Shown piece by piece: positions 1 through 11,854 of a stretch of 64,000 nt of DNA. Source of the DNA: Batkoa obscura (Eukaryota); assembly GCA_030770535.1 (NCBI GenBank), contig JASVEC010000003.1, forward strand, positions 248,001-312,000, in the 5' to 3' direction. The position numbers were made by a program, and so were the translations under genes. The number at the start of each line of letters is the position of its first letter. Position 1 is the stretch's first letter. The notes beneath the pieces were generated by a model. That model was not told the origin of the DNA. It was given only the letters and a program-made list of their open reading frames with translations, and did not search any database.

Positions 1-120
1 TATCCTGATATACTTTCAACCACATAAATATTTATTGCCTTCAAACTTGTGCTTGTTGATCTTTGAGAAATCCCAACCTATATTTGGATAATTTAAAGTT
101 TCAAATTTTTAAAAATTTTA
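1..120. repeat. Duplicated non-coding block, paralogous to 3997-4115 (upstream region of the 2094..3842 gene)
   Basis: cttcaaacttgtgcttgttgatctttgagaaatcccaacctatatttggataattt aligns with cttcaaactttcgcttgttgatctttgaggaattcaaacctatatttggataatta at ~4035-4090. Confidence 0.8.
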
Positions 121-1633
121 ATTTTTAGTTTTTGTCAATAAAATTCTCAATCATTCGAACTAATTATTTGCGTCACAAATGTCAATATCCTTACATAACT
201 AATTAAAGAAATAAAGAAGTATTTACCAAAAGCTTGAATTTAAAAAAAGAACCTGTAGAGTAGAGCTTTTTAGTACGTATAAAATTATATATACAGTGTA
301 TTATTTAAATTTTTTAAACAACTTCAATTAAGCAAAACCTTACAGTCCTTTCTCAATTAGGATTAAACTTTAATGGTCCGACCAGTAATTAATGGTAAAC
401 TTTTAGACTATAAATTTAATATTTTAGTTTTTTAGTACACCCTTTTTAACTAAAACTTTTATTGAGCAAGCTATAGCGCAACTGAGAAATCAGAAATAAA
501 ATTGTCTTATGATGATATAAGATAATCTCTAAAAAAATATAAAGTTTTTGATCAAAAAAAGGGAGATAATTGGCTACCATATTAATTTATTTTTTGGATT
601 TCTTCCTCTAAATCAAGGATTATTTTACTATTAATAATTTTTTCTGTTGCAATTCTTTGCTCTTACATACCTTTAATCAAAAAATCTTAAATTTTTTTAT
701 CAAAAGCTTTATTCATTTAGAATAAGATAAGACTAAGTGATTGAAGGTGGAAAAAAAGCCCAATAAAAGAAAACTATCTAGAAAAGACCTTTATTGAGGT
801 GAAAAAGAAACAATGGAGGAAGAAAGAACGCTGGGAGGAACCGGAACACTTGGCTTTATAAAAGAGTTAGAGGCGGCTTCTTCAGACCACTTGGTGCCAA
901 CTCCCTGAGAAAGATTTAGATCCCATTTCTGGTGAGCTCCTGAGCTACGACAAAGTACCTCCCACTTAGGAGAAAAAATCTTAGACTATTTTACAAATTA
1001 CCTTATATTTGGGACTTTTTAATTAACTTTTATAAGAGTTTCAAAAATAATCTACCTTTTTGAGCTTTAATATTAAAGTCATTGTTTCAACAGCAAATAT
1101 TTCTTGTCTAAAAGCAAAATGATTTTATGGTGAAAAAATTATAATTCTATGCTCTAATCAGATTGGATTTGTCTAAAAGTTAGGTTTTTTAAAGGTTATA
1201 GCAGTTTTTTTACATCACAGATATGGCAATAAAAAAAATAAACAAACTGAAGTAAAAAGATTATTATCAAGTTTCTCTTTAGTTTTTTTTACTACTATAA
1301 CTGTGATATAAAAAATTACTGTACATTGTAATAGATATCTCATGTTTTTAGAAAACAAAAATTTATTAACTGCAGAAGTAAAATTATTTATAAAAGGCAT
1401 TACTGTGGGAGTTCAGTACTGTTGTTACTTTAATTTTGTTGAAACAAAAAAACATCTGGGAATGTCTTTTTTATTTGATATTTTATCTACTTTTATGCAT
1501 AAAAAAGCAGGAATTTCAATAAAATAGCTTATGAAAAAACACCGTTAAACGGAATAGTTTAATAGATTCTGTCTATTCATTGAACTAATTTAAGTGATCT
1601 GTTAGCTCAATTACAGTAAAAAAAAGCATGTCT

Positions 1634-1740
1634 ATATGAGGGTGTTTTTTTTGACTTCATTATTTTTTCCATTTTTTAAGCGCTATTTCAGCAGAAAGAT
1701 TGTTAGTAAAATTCTTAAACAAAAAAATACATCCCCATAT
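1634..1740 (+). mobile_element. ~99-bp AWWT-TSD MITE copy
   Basis: ATAT-GAGGGTGTTTTTTT...AAAAAAATACATCCCC-ATAT; terminal inverted repeats and 4-bp TSD. Confidence 0.9.
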
Positions 1741-1938
1741 CTAAAAAACATTTGAGGTAAAATTTTATAATTTTAAGGTGGAAATCTAAAATTGCTTATA
1801 CCAATCTTGGTTTTTTAGTCTTGTATTTTACTTTGGGTTAAAAACCATTACCTATATATTGAATTAAAAACTACCACTAAAAAACATTATTAACTAACAA
1901 AATTTTATTTAATTTTTTTAATACTGCAATTACAAGTT

Positions 1939-2045
1939 ATATGGAGGTGTATTTTTTGTCTAAAAATTTTACTGATAGCCTTTCCACTCAAGTAGCGCTT
2001 AAAAATAGAAAAAGTGAAGAAGCAAAAAAAAAACACCTTCCATAT
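1939..2045 (-). mobile_element. AWWT-TSD MITE copy
   Basis: Reverse orientation of the same family; ATAT/ATAT flanks. Confidence 0.85.
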
Positions 2046-2093
2046 AATTTAAAAGGTATGTTTACGGCCTCAGTTAATTTAAGATATAAAAAT

Positions 2094-3842
2094 TTATGCA
2101 ACTTTAACAGGAGTATACGCATTCATGGCCTCCCCTGTACTAGCACCTTCTGCAGGTTTCATTGTATCCTTTACACCAGCTTCCTCTGGAGCTTTAACAT
2201 CTGGTTTCATGCCAGTACCTTTACCTGCTTCTGGAGCTTTAACATCTGGTTTCATGTCAGTACCTTTAGCTGCTTCTGGAACTTTAACATCTGGTTTCAT
2301 GTCAGTACCTTTACCTGCTTCTGGAACTTTAACATCTGGTTTCATATCAGTACCTTTAGCTGCTTCTGGAACTTTAACATCTGGTTTCATATCAGTACCT
2401 TTAGCTGCTTCTGGAACTTTAACATCTGGTTTCATGTCAGTACCTTTACCTGCTTCTGGAACTTTAACATCTGGTTTCATGTCAGTACCTTTACCTGCTT
2501 CTGGAACTTTAACATCTGGTTTCATGTCAGTACCTTTAGCTGCCTCTGGAACTTTAGCGCCGGGTTTCATATAGCTTTCCTCTTTTTTAACTTCAGATAG
2601 GGTTGCTATTGTAGGAACGGCTGATGAATTTCCAGGAGCTACATCAGGAATTTTTTTTGTTTCTGTAATCTCTTTTTCTAAAGATTTTATTTCTTCATCT
2701 TTTTCTGAAAGTTTGATTGATTCCTTTTCTTCACTTTCAAGGATAGATTTGCTTTCTTTATCTTGAGCTTCTTCAAGTTGTTTAACTTCTTTTTCGTGTT
2801 TTTCCTTCAATTGTTTACTATCTTTACTACCATAGCTCTTAAGCTCTTTTTTATATTTATTTTGTAATTCTTCACGTTCTTTTTTGTGTTTCTTTAGTAT
2901 ATTCTCAGCTTTTTTGTGGTTTGATTTTAAAATTTCCTTTTCCTTAGTAGCTCTTTCTCTAATTGCATTTGCTAACTTTTTGTTGAGTTCCCTTAATTTA
3001 TTTTCCTTGTCTTCCTTTTCTCTTTTAAGGTTCTCTGCTTGTTCTGCTAGTTTTTTCTTTTGCTCTTCCTTTTCCTTTCTTTCCTTAGCTACTTTTTCCT
3101 TGTCTTTCATTGCTTTATCTGCTAGTTGTTTGAGTTTAAGTTCTTTTATTTCTGAGTTATACTTTCCATCCTTATCTTTAGGGACATCTTTGAGCACAAT
3201 CAATTCCTCAATTTTCTGTTTTAATTCATAGGCAAGATTTTCTTTTTCCTTGACCTCTTCACTAATTTTATTCAAGTATCTTTTTTTCTCTTGTGAGTCT
3301 GATTCTGATTCTTTAAGCTTTGTTTCCAAATCTACAATAGCTTCACTATGCTCCTCGATTTTTTTCTTAATTGCTTCTGTTCCAGAATCGGACTCATCTG
3401 AGCCTTCAAGCCCTTTGATTTCATCTTCGTGTGCCTTAATTTCCACTTCATTCTTTATTAACTCGGCACTTAACTCAGCCAACTCATCAGTAGATTCACC
3501 TTCATTTTTTGCTGGAGCTGCATCAGGTGTTGCATATGATGAGTTTGGAAGGCCCTTTGGATTACCAGCATCCGTTGAATCACTTGGGATCATAGCGGTG
3601 CCTTTGTCATCTTTTCTAGCGTCAGCTGCTTCTACCGTTGGCTTTTTTTCTGGCAATGGGGCTTTTACAAGTAAAGCCAATGGGTTTGGTACTAACTCTT
3701 CAACTTTTGCTAAAATACCAGCACCTTGAGCTACTGCTTTAATACCAGTAGCTGCTGTGCCATCGAGCGGTAAGGATAAACTGGCATTTAGTTGGAGTAA
3801 AGTGACTAAAACTGCTACAATTGGGTTTGTATTTGCTTTCAT
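2094..3842 (-). CDS. Secreted Lys/Glu-rich coiled-coil protein with C-terminal 15-aa tandem repeats (582 aa), function unknown
   Basis: Intronless ORF; hydrophobic N-terminal signal peptide (MKANTNPIVAVLVTLLQLNASLS); long K/E heptad-like region; MKPDVKVPEA(G/A)KGTD repeats. Confidence 0.85.
   Translation of the reverse strand: MKANTNPIVAVLVTLLQLNASLSLPLDGTAATGIKAVAQGAGILAKVEELVPNPLALLVKAPLPEKKPTVEAADARKDDKGTAMIPSDSTDAGNPKGLPNSSYATPDAAPAKNEGESTDELAELSAELIKNEVEIKAHEDEIKGLEGSDESDSGTEAIKKKIEEHSEAIVDLETKLKESESDSQEKKRYLNKISEEVKEKENLAYELKQKIEELIVLKDVPKDKDGKYNSEIKELKLKQLADKAMKDKEKVAKERKEKEEQKKKLAEQAENLKREKEDKENKLRELNKKLANAIRERATKEKEILKSNHKKAENILKKHKKEREELQNKYKKELKSYGSKDSKQLKEKHEKEVKQLEEAQDKESKSILESEEKESIKLSEKDEEIKSLEKEITETKKIPDVAPGNSSAVPTIATLSEVKKEESYMKPGAKVPEAAKGTDMKPDVKVPEAGKGTDMKPDVKVPEAGKGTDMKPDVKVPEAAKGTDMKPDVKVPEAAKGTDMKPDVKVPEAGKGTDMKPDVKVPEAAKGTDMKPDVKAPEAGKGTGMKPDVKAPEEAGVKDTMKPAEGASTGEAMNAYTPVKVA
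2160..2571. repeat. Coding 45-bp tandem repeat, about 9 units
   Basis: Unit tctggaactttaacatctggtttcatgtcagtacctttagctgct repeated near-perfectly. Confidence 0.95.
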
Positions 3843-5287
3843 TTTCTAATAATCTATTTGAATAATTTAAAAAGTTAACACATTGGTTCGTGCTATTTAT
3901 AGCCGATAATCGATAAACATTATGAAATCGGTTTGTTTTACTTAGTAAGTGATATAATATATAAAATTCAATTTTATCATCAAACGATATTGTGGCTATC
4001 CTTATGTAATTTTAGCCAGGGATACCTTTATTATCTTCAAACTTTCGCTTGTTGATCTTTGAGGAATTCAAACCTATATTTGGATAATTAAAAATTTTAA
4101 ATTATTAAAATCTTTTTTGCCACTAACTATAATAAATGGAAAAAATAATTGGGCCACTAACATAAATTATTTAAATTTTAAGTTTTATTGATTGCTATTT
4201 AAATTAATTTAAAAATTTATTAAATAATATTGTGGCTATTCCTTGTTTAACTTTTGATAATCACAGTGTAATTAAAAAATAATGAAATAATTGAAGTTCA
4301 GAAATGAAATATCAATGATTCTATAGTGTGTGATCTAAACGAATAAAAATGCAATCTGAAGCAACTACTAGTAAATGTTATGCCAATGTAATATTAATAA
4401 ATGCTATATTTATTTGCTTTAGGTAATATATTATTAAAGCTATAGTTTTTTATTATAAACTATTTTTTTAAAAGTTGATGGCTTACAAAACATGATTATT
4501 CTTAATTAGACTTTAGATCAAGGACCAGATGTAAAGTCTTGGTGTAAGTACTTCAAGCTGAGAAGCGTGCTTTCAAAGCGATTTATTAAATCTTTTAATA
4601 CCATAAAAGCGGCTCATCAATAACAATCCACATAACTTAATTATCGTCGTTTTCAATTATTTAGGATTTTAATTACATGATTGGTTAAAATATACCAAAA
4701 ATATACTAATTTCAATAAGTTTACTTCCAAGTACTAATTGTCAATATTAAGTTAGGTCTTAAATTAATGTTTTATTTTTATATTTATTTAACTAATGTAA
4801 TTAGAGGGATTATGTAATAAATTTTTGCTGATGTTCTTAATAAAATCGATTAGATGGGGGTATCCTTCTGGGACAATGCATCATTAAGTTTTGGCTTTAA
4901 ATTATGAGCTTGCTTTTTAAATATCTTATATATATAGCACAAATATAGTACCTTGAAAAAAGCTTAAATTTCAACTATGATTCTATTTGATAAAATTCAA
5001 TATGATACATCCAATTTACACTTTTACTTCCTCTCCCTTCCAATAGAAGGGTATAGCTTAAAGCTATGATCTTTGACAGCGAAAATATTAATTCCCAATA
5101 TACATATAAAGTAACTAAAATTTAATAATAAATCTAAATTCAATATTTAATAATAAATATTAACTTTCAAGGTGATTTATCAATAAATATAAAAGAAGTA
5201 ATAAGAGTTTAAAATTTAGATTAATAATATGTAGATAGAACATAGAGCTATTTATTTTAATCTGAAAGTCTTTGAACCACCACAGAT

Positions 5288-5833
5288 TTAAGAGGCCCCA
5301 GGTTGTGCGGCAGCTTGATTGGGACTATAGTTGTCTACCTTGGCTGACTTAATCTCTGATTCAAGTTTTTTATTTGGATCCGATATTGGTGAGCTCACAT
5401 CAGCTGCTTTTTTCCCTTCCTTTTCTAGTTCTTTTATTTTTCTCTCGATTTTTTCGATTTTTTCTTTTACTTTTTTCTCTATTTTTATTTTATTTTCTTG
5501 CTTTTTTTTATCTTCTTTTTCTTTTTTCTTTGATTCCTTTATTTTCAGTATTTCACGTCTTTTTTGTTCTTTTTCTGCATTACTAATTTTACTGGCTTTG
5601 GGTTTTGTTGCTTTAATCTGTTCTTTGCTTTTGTCAGCTTCTAAGCTGGGTGGAGGCGCTTCCACTACTGGTGATGAGGAAGGTGGGGCTCCAGGAACTG
5701 GTGTAATAGCATAACTTCCTTTCACCGTTACTTCATTACCTGATGCGAGAGTATTCTCACTAGCTAAAGGAGATCCAAAAGTACTTTGAAGTAAGCCTAG
5801 AATGATAATATTAACAATTGAATTAGCTTTCAT
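5288..5833 (-). CDS. Secreted small Lys/Glu-rich protein (181 aa), probable relative of 2094..3842
   Basis: Same MKAN start, signal peptide with LLQ, Pro/Ser-rich linker and K/E-rich helix; same strand; similar start context (ttcattttct on the + strand). Confidence 0.75.
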   Translation of the reverse strand: MKANSIVNIIILGLLQSTFGSPLASENTLASGNEVTVKGSYAITPVPGAPPSSSPVVEAPPPSLEADKSKEQIKATKPKASKISNAEKEQKRREILKIKESKKKEKEDKKKQENKIKIEKKVKEKIEKIERKIKELEKEGKKAADVSSPISDPNKKLESEIKSAKVDNYSPNQAAAQPGAS

Positions 5834-6028
5834 TTTCTTATCTATTTAATTTAAGTTAGTTTAAAAGCTCTAAGTTTTGTTCAATTTATATTTGATCTAT
5901 GATGCTTTTTGACTACTGATTATCAATCGAAATAAATTTGATATACTGCAAGTCATCAATTTAGTTATAATTAAGGTTGATTGAGATTTCATAAAATAAG
6001 CTATTATCCCTTAACATAAACTATTTTA

Positions 6029-6195
6029 CAGCTGTTGCAACTCTTTTGCGGAAATAGCTAAGAACAATTTCTACGGCTAGATATTTGCCCTACTGGTTTT
6101 TTTAAAGCGTAATCTTTATATTTTATTCAACTTTTGGCAAAAAAAACTACTCTTAATGAACAATCAAACATTTTGAAAAAGAGCTACAACAGCTG
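6029..6195. mobile_element. TA-flanked MITE (Tc1/mariner-type ends), 167 bp
   Basis: TA-CAGCTGTTGCAACTCTTT ... AAAGAGCTACAACAGCTG-TA; 18-bp TIR with 2 mismatches. Confidence 0.7.
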
Positions 6196-6764
6196 TAAGG
6201 TGATTGATTGTTTTTTTAAAACTCATAACGAAGCTGTGTTTTCATTTGCAAAAAGGAAAAACATATTATCGTAGAGGAAAATTAAAGAGGAGAAGGTCTT
6301 TAGGCTTTAGATTAATGTAGAGACAGTAAATTCTAAATTAAGATTTTTTAGTGTGTTTCATTAAATTAGCTTATAAAGTTTTTGATTTTTTTTGAATTAT
6401 AGTATTACATTGCTTCATTATAAAAACTTATTAATATGTAATATAAGGTGTGTGTAAATGAGCAAGCAAAGAGTCCCCAAACTAGTAAAAAAATTTACAA
6501 TTTTCCAACAGTTTTACCTGGAAAAAAATTAATACAAGCTAATATACAAACGAGTATACTACTTGAATTAAATTTTCTATATTACGATGTTTTGTTTTAA
6601 AAGTTTAGAAAAATTAATATTAGAATAAAACTTTAATAATGATATTTTGTAGGATCTAACCTTACAGTAGTGTTACACTTTAATTTTATTATTATTCCAA
6701 ATTATCTGCTAAAAACTAAATTGACTTTATTTTAAAATCAACTAACTTTGTCATTATAACTACT

Positions 6765-6869
6765 ATATGGGGATGTTTTTTTTGGTTTCATTACTTTTTC
6801 TATTTTTCCGCTCAAATAGTGCTTAAAAAAATGGAAAAAATGATGAAGCCAAAAAAAACACCCCCATAT
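6765..6869. mobile_element. Rearranged (fold-back) AWWT MITE carrying the same end twice
   Basis: The left arm GGGGATGTTTTTTTTGGTTTCATTACTTTTTC and the right arm GGAAAAAATGATGAAGCCAAAAAAAACACCCCC are the same terminus in opposite orientations; ATAT/ATAT flanks. Confidence 0.75.
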
Positions 6870-6940
6870 ATTTTAAATACATTGCTCAAATCTTAAGATT
6901 AAAATCTAAACTCAATTCTTAGTAAATGTTTCTAGAAAAT

Positions 6941-7036
6941 AATTGGAGGTGTTTTTTTTGGTTTCATCACTTTTTCCATTTTTTAATCCCTGTTTGGTTG
7001 AAAATTAGTAAAATTCTTAAAAATACATCACCAATT
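6941..7036 (+). mobile_element. AWWT MITE copy, internally deleted
   Basis: AATT-GGAGGTG...CATCACC-AATT. Confidence 0.8.
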
Positions 7037-7257
7037 CTTTTTTACCCCACTATAGTTTAAGGAAAAGACAGCTTTAAAATTTGATTAATTTTTTGATTTC
7101 ATAGGCACTACTCCTGGTATGCATTTTCTAAAAAATCAATTATTTCATTATTAGAAGTTTAAAGCTTTATGCTTATTATAAAATACAGTATTTCTACATT
7201 TTTATTTTGCACAAAACGATAAAAATTAAAATCTACCAAGCAGCGTTTCAAAACTTA

Positions 7258-7565
7258 ATATGGAATATCTTTTTTGTTTAAAAAATTCGATAGTATTTTT
7301 TCCGCTTAATAGCGATTGAAAAATGGAAAATGGAATAAAACTAAAATGACATCCCCCATATAAGGATGTATTTTTTTGTTTAAGAATTTTACTAACAATC
7401 TTTCTGCTGAAATAGCGCTTAAAAAATGGAAAAAATAATGAAGCTAAAAAAACATCCTCATATGGGGGTGTTTTTTTAGCTTCATTATTTTTTCCATTTT
7501 TTAAGCGCTATTTCAGCAGAAAGATTGTTAGTAAAATTCTTAAACATAAAAATACATCCCCATAT
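7258..7565. mobile_element. Three abutting AWWT MITE copies (7258-7361, 7358-7463, 7460-7565) sharing ATAT junctions
   Basis: Copies 2 and 3 are near-perfect inverted copies and form a ~208-bp palindrome centred on ATAT 7460-7463. Confidence 0.9.
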
Positions 7566-9018
7566 TCTATTTGAAAAAGTGTGAATTTAATTTACTAAAA
7601 CTCCCGTCTATTGAAGAAAATAGTTTCCTATTTTGGTATATTATCATGCTACTGCATTGAACAATACCATACATAAATTCACTTTTAAATAGTCTTTTTA
7701 CAAATATATTATAAGAAATGGCTTAGATCAAATAGTAAAGGACCAGACCAGTCTTAAAACACCCAATATACTAAGTTATAAGAATGTACCATTGTTGATA
7801 TTTTAACTCTGGGGAACACTTTTTATTTAACTATATTTAGGCTTTAAAGGTTAAGCTTTATGTCATTATCCTGCTGTATATAATTCTTGAAATAATTTAT
7901 ACAATAATTAAAGTTAGTTTTAAATACGACTTAAACTAAATAGTGTGTAATCTTATTTATGCATCTAAAACTATTTATTTTCAAAAATACCAAAATAAAG
8001 TAAATAATAGTTTAATCTGCTATTATTCAATTTATTTAAGTTAGGAATTAAACAAAAGCTATTATGAATATATATTTCTCTATCCTTAAGACAGCTTCAA
8101 AATAACATTATTTGATTAAAGGAAAAAAATAACCCAAAATTTAGAATAACTTCATTCAACAGTGGCAAAGCTTTTAGTAAAACTCCCGTGTAATACTGGT
8201 TCCAAAATTAATTTATCTATAAACGTAAAAATTTAAAAGGGGAAATAAAAATAATGTAAGGGGTAAGCTTTGAGTATAATGCAAAAAAATTATTATTTCA
8301 TTATATTTAACTATAATACTTGCTACATTAATTTAACAAATCCTATTTCTAAATTTTGTTTTGAAGATGTAATTTAAATTGGAGTCATTGTAACGCAAAA
8401 TAATATTATTTTAATTAGTCTAGGATGATATTACAACATTCTAAGTTTTGATTATATCTACGTTATGTTTATTTTATTTGTTTAAAAATGCTACTATTAA
8501 AATAATTTAAATATAAATTTTCTTATATACTTTGATTGTTTGATAAATCAAATGTTGTTGTATGAATAATAAAAAGTTATTACATAGCAGTATTTAACTT
8601 ATAAAGTCATCAAACTATATAAGAAAATCTAGATCTCAATTATTTTAGCAATAGCGCTTAATGATTTTATTTTTAATGATATTATTCACATACTCAAATA
8701 GTAAATAATTCAAGGAGTATATTTCAGTTATAAGGAGCCCCAAATTAGTTGATAGCCTAATCATTTTAGATCTAGCAAAAGTAAAATATTTTTAATAAGT
8801 CTTTCTTTAAAGTATAGTCAAAATTTACTCTGGTTGGATTTTATGTAATTACTTGGTCTTCAAAATATCTCAAGTTGTAAATACTTATATTAGCTACAAG
8901 TCTAATGTTCATTTATTAAAAGCAATAAATTATTAAAAAATAAAAAACTATTATATTCAAAATTAGGTTTATTTACTGCTCTATATATATAAATGGTACA
9001 ATTTGAATAATGTTGAGC

Positions 9019-9900
9019 TTATAGAAAGTCTTCCGTACAATAGGCGCAAGGTTCACCAGTCGATTCAACCCATTGGCAATGAAACCTCAAATTATTACTC
9101 GTATTCGATAGAATTTTTAAATTATTGGCCTCAAGAAAAGTGGCCCTTTCTTGTTTAACATATATACATGCTTGATTAACTAATTCATAAATCCTACTTT
9201 CGAATTCGTTATTTGTTCCTACTCCCTGCCATCCCTGTAAATTAGGGTATAAGCAGTATTCGCAACAGACTTGATCATTGGTACTATTGCAAGAATAGCC
9301 GTTTACATCCGAATCTTCTTTATTCTGACTACATTGCAACATCGAACATAATTTGCAGCATTGATTAGAGGCTCTTGGGTAATAAGAGTAGCAGTCTTCT
9401 TCGGTTAAATTTCTTAAATTTTTTAGAGTTATATTGATTTTATACTCTTGTTGAGAATCATCACCTGAATTCACAATATATAATAAACTTGGTTTTTCTA
9501 ATGTGATTACTAAACCAAGGCTCCACATATGTTCAGCTCTTACTTGAGAAATAGATAATTGCATATTTTCTTGATCTAATGGAGCATGAGGATGATAATG
9601 TTCAACATAAACGCCTGGAACGATTGAAGTTAACCAACCATCATAGTCATTTGGAGAATTAATGGGTAAATAAGTAACATTTTTGAGCTTTTCATTTTGG
9701 TTTAGAGGTGTTACTTTAAACTGATGTTCCATATCAATGCTGGAGTTTAATTTAAAGGCATCCAAAATTAAAACATGCAATTGGTTTAAAGTAAAGTTAG
9801 ATAAAACAGAAATACTTTTTTTGATATCGGAGTTCTCTAAAGTACATTCTAATTCCATAGTGATGGTTGAGTTGTTAAAATTGTCGTCTAAAGTCATCAT
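9019..9900 (-). CDS. Uncharacterised Cys-rich protein (293 aa); N-terminus resembles the pRiA4b ORF3-like domain
   Basis: Intronless ORF; TLNQLHVLILDAF...EHQF motif; C-terminal CQWVESTGEPCAYCTEDFL shared with 14268..15053. Confidence 0.8.
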   Translation of the reverse strand: MMTLDDNFNNSTITMELECTLENSDIKKSISVLSNFTLNQLHVLILDAFKLNSSIDMEHQFKVTPLNQNEKLKNVTYLPINSPNDYDGWLTSIVPGVYVEHYHPHAPLDQENMQLSISQVRAEHMWSLGLVITLEKPSLLYIVNSGDDSQQEYKINITLKNLRNLTEEDCYSYYPRASNQCCKLCSMLQCSQNKEDSDVNGYSCNSTNDQVCCEYCLYPNLQGWQGVGTNNEFESRIYELVNQACIYVKQERATFLEANNLKILSNTSNNLRFHCQWVESTGEPCAYCTEDFL

Positions 9901-11854
9901 GTATATTTTGTAAATTTAAGATTAATTTAATGTTAGTTTTAAACCGGTAAAACTCTAGTAGATTTGAATTTGATATGCTTTTAAATAGAAGGATTAATTT
10001 TAAATTAGAAAGAGTATTTTGCCTCTATTTATATTTAATCGAAATGGTGGACTAAAGGTTAATTTAAAAAATTACTACACCGTTTTAAGCTTAACTTTGT
10101 GGAGAGAAAGACATGTAAGTTGATATCTATCAATAAAGCATTAATTAAGAAGGCTTAGGAATTCCCAAAAAAGGTTAGTTAAGTTTTATTTCAACGTTAA
10201 AAATTGAAATAGAGAAACAAAAACCTAATCAGCATAAACTAAATCAAATGATTCTCCATTAATACCCCGTTGGTTATAAATTTGTAACTTTATTCTCCCT
10301 TTATATATCACTAGAATAACAGATATGATCTTTTCAGTATAGTCTTTATTATAGATAGGGGTATTTCAAACTAGTTTAGATTGGTGAAACTTTAGTCCCA
10401 GAAGTTTTAATATCTGATAGCTAAGTAATTTATATGATTTAAAATATAAAGCCGCAGACAGTCATTGATCCTAGATACTATTCTCTAACTTAATAAAGGT
10501 ACATTTGGATTAATTTATTATGTTTAGTTGTGTAGAATCATGACATTAATTTACTATTTCTTTTTATGAGTCTAATAACTATTAGTATACAACTACTTCT
10601 TCACCCTTACATTCTATTGTGTCTAATGAAATTCAAACTACTTTTTCACACTCTATTATATTAACATATCTAGACACATAGTGTTTCAGATAAATATCTT
10701 TTACGCCTAGATCGTGGGGCTTTTTGTTTATTTAGTGTTTTAGTCTCGCCTTTTTTTTGCAAAATTTTATAGGGAGAAATTTAGCTAAATACGTTTATAT
10801 TTTATTTTGAAAATTATGCTGTATTCATAATGTTCATGTCTTCATCCATAAAAATTAAAAATGTGGTCTCTATTTTAGGGGTAGATATTTTGAACAAAAA
10901 ACTCACACTGTAAATTTATATTTAATTAATTAATTAAATTGTAGCTACTATTTGTGAAGTAACTTTTCTAAGGTAGAGTGTTTGTATTAGGGCTTACAGT
11001 GTTAAAATATATTGTGCTAAAATATCCCTTCAAGAACAGTATTATTAAACTAACAGTAGTATTGTATGAAGTAATTTCTAAAGTAATCCAACATTTTTGA
11101 TTCAATAAAAAGTAGGCGGTTGATTATAATAATTATTATTTTATTTTTTCTTTAATCAAAGATTGTTTTACATTCAATAATCTTCATGTTGCAATTTATC
11201 ATCCTTACCAGATTCTTTGTCGAAAAATCTTAGATTAAATTAGTTTAAGCTGTATAAGTTTAAATGTACAAGCTCTGTTCATTTGTGAATAGAATAATTT
11301 TTTAGCATCAAGCAGTAAATCAGCGCAATAGTATGGGTTCTTAGTTATAAAACATATCGGTACACAGGACATGTCTGAACTTAAACATTTAAATCAAATA
11401 TTTTATAATTTTATCTAAATTAATCGATATTCTATACTACATCAAATGCCTGAAGCGATACTACTGATGTATTTTAAATATTTTTTCTTACATAATTTAA
11501 AATTCCGTAAGTTGAATGTTATGTAATTAGTAAAGCCTTAATCGCATATCAAGATTTACTTTATTTAGCCATCAAGTCGTATAAGAAAAGTCATCTTTAA
11601 ATTATGTTAGCAATGAGGATTGATGAGCACTAGAACCCAAATATAGTAACATATCCGAAAACTTACAGAAATATTTATTGTGCTATATTTTTAATTTAAG
11701 TAGTTATATTGAGGCTCAAGTTGGGGTTTTAGCTTTTAGTTAATAGCAATTATATCATTAGACCATCTAATCACCTTATTTACATAACTAAAAAGGTGAA
11801 AAGGCTAAATGAATATATGAGTTCAGAATAACTTTATAATTAGATGCTAAAATA

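Noticed and set aside
2160..2571. CRISPR-like array
   Set aside because: Units are contiguous with no unique spacers, are in-frame coding, and lie in a eukaryotic context.
1941..3729. Plus-strand ORFs 1941..2600, 2125..2574, 2884..3231 and 3250..3729
   Set aside because: Antisense shadows of the repetitive K/E-rich gene; one of them starts inside a MITE.
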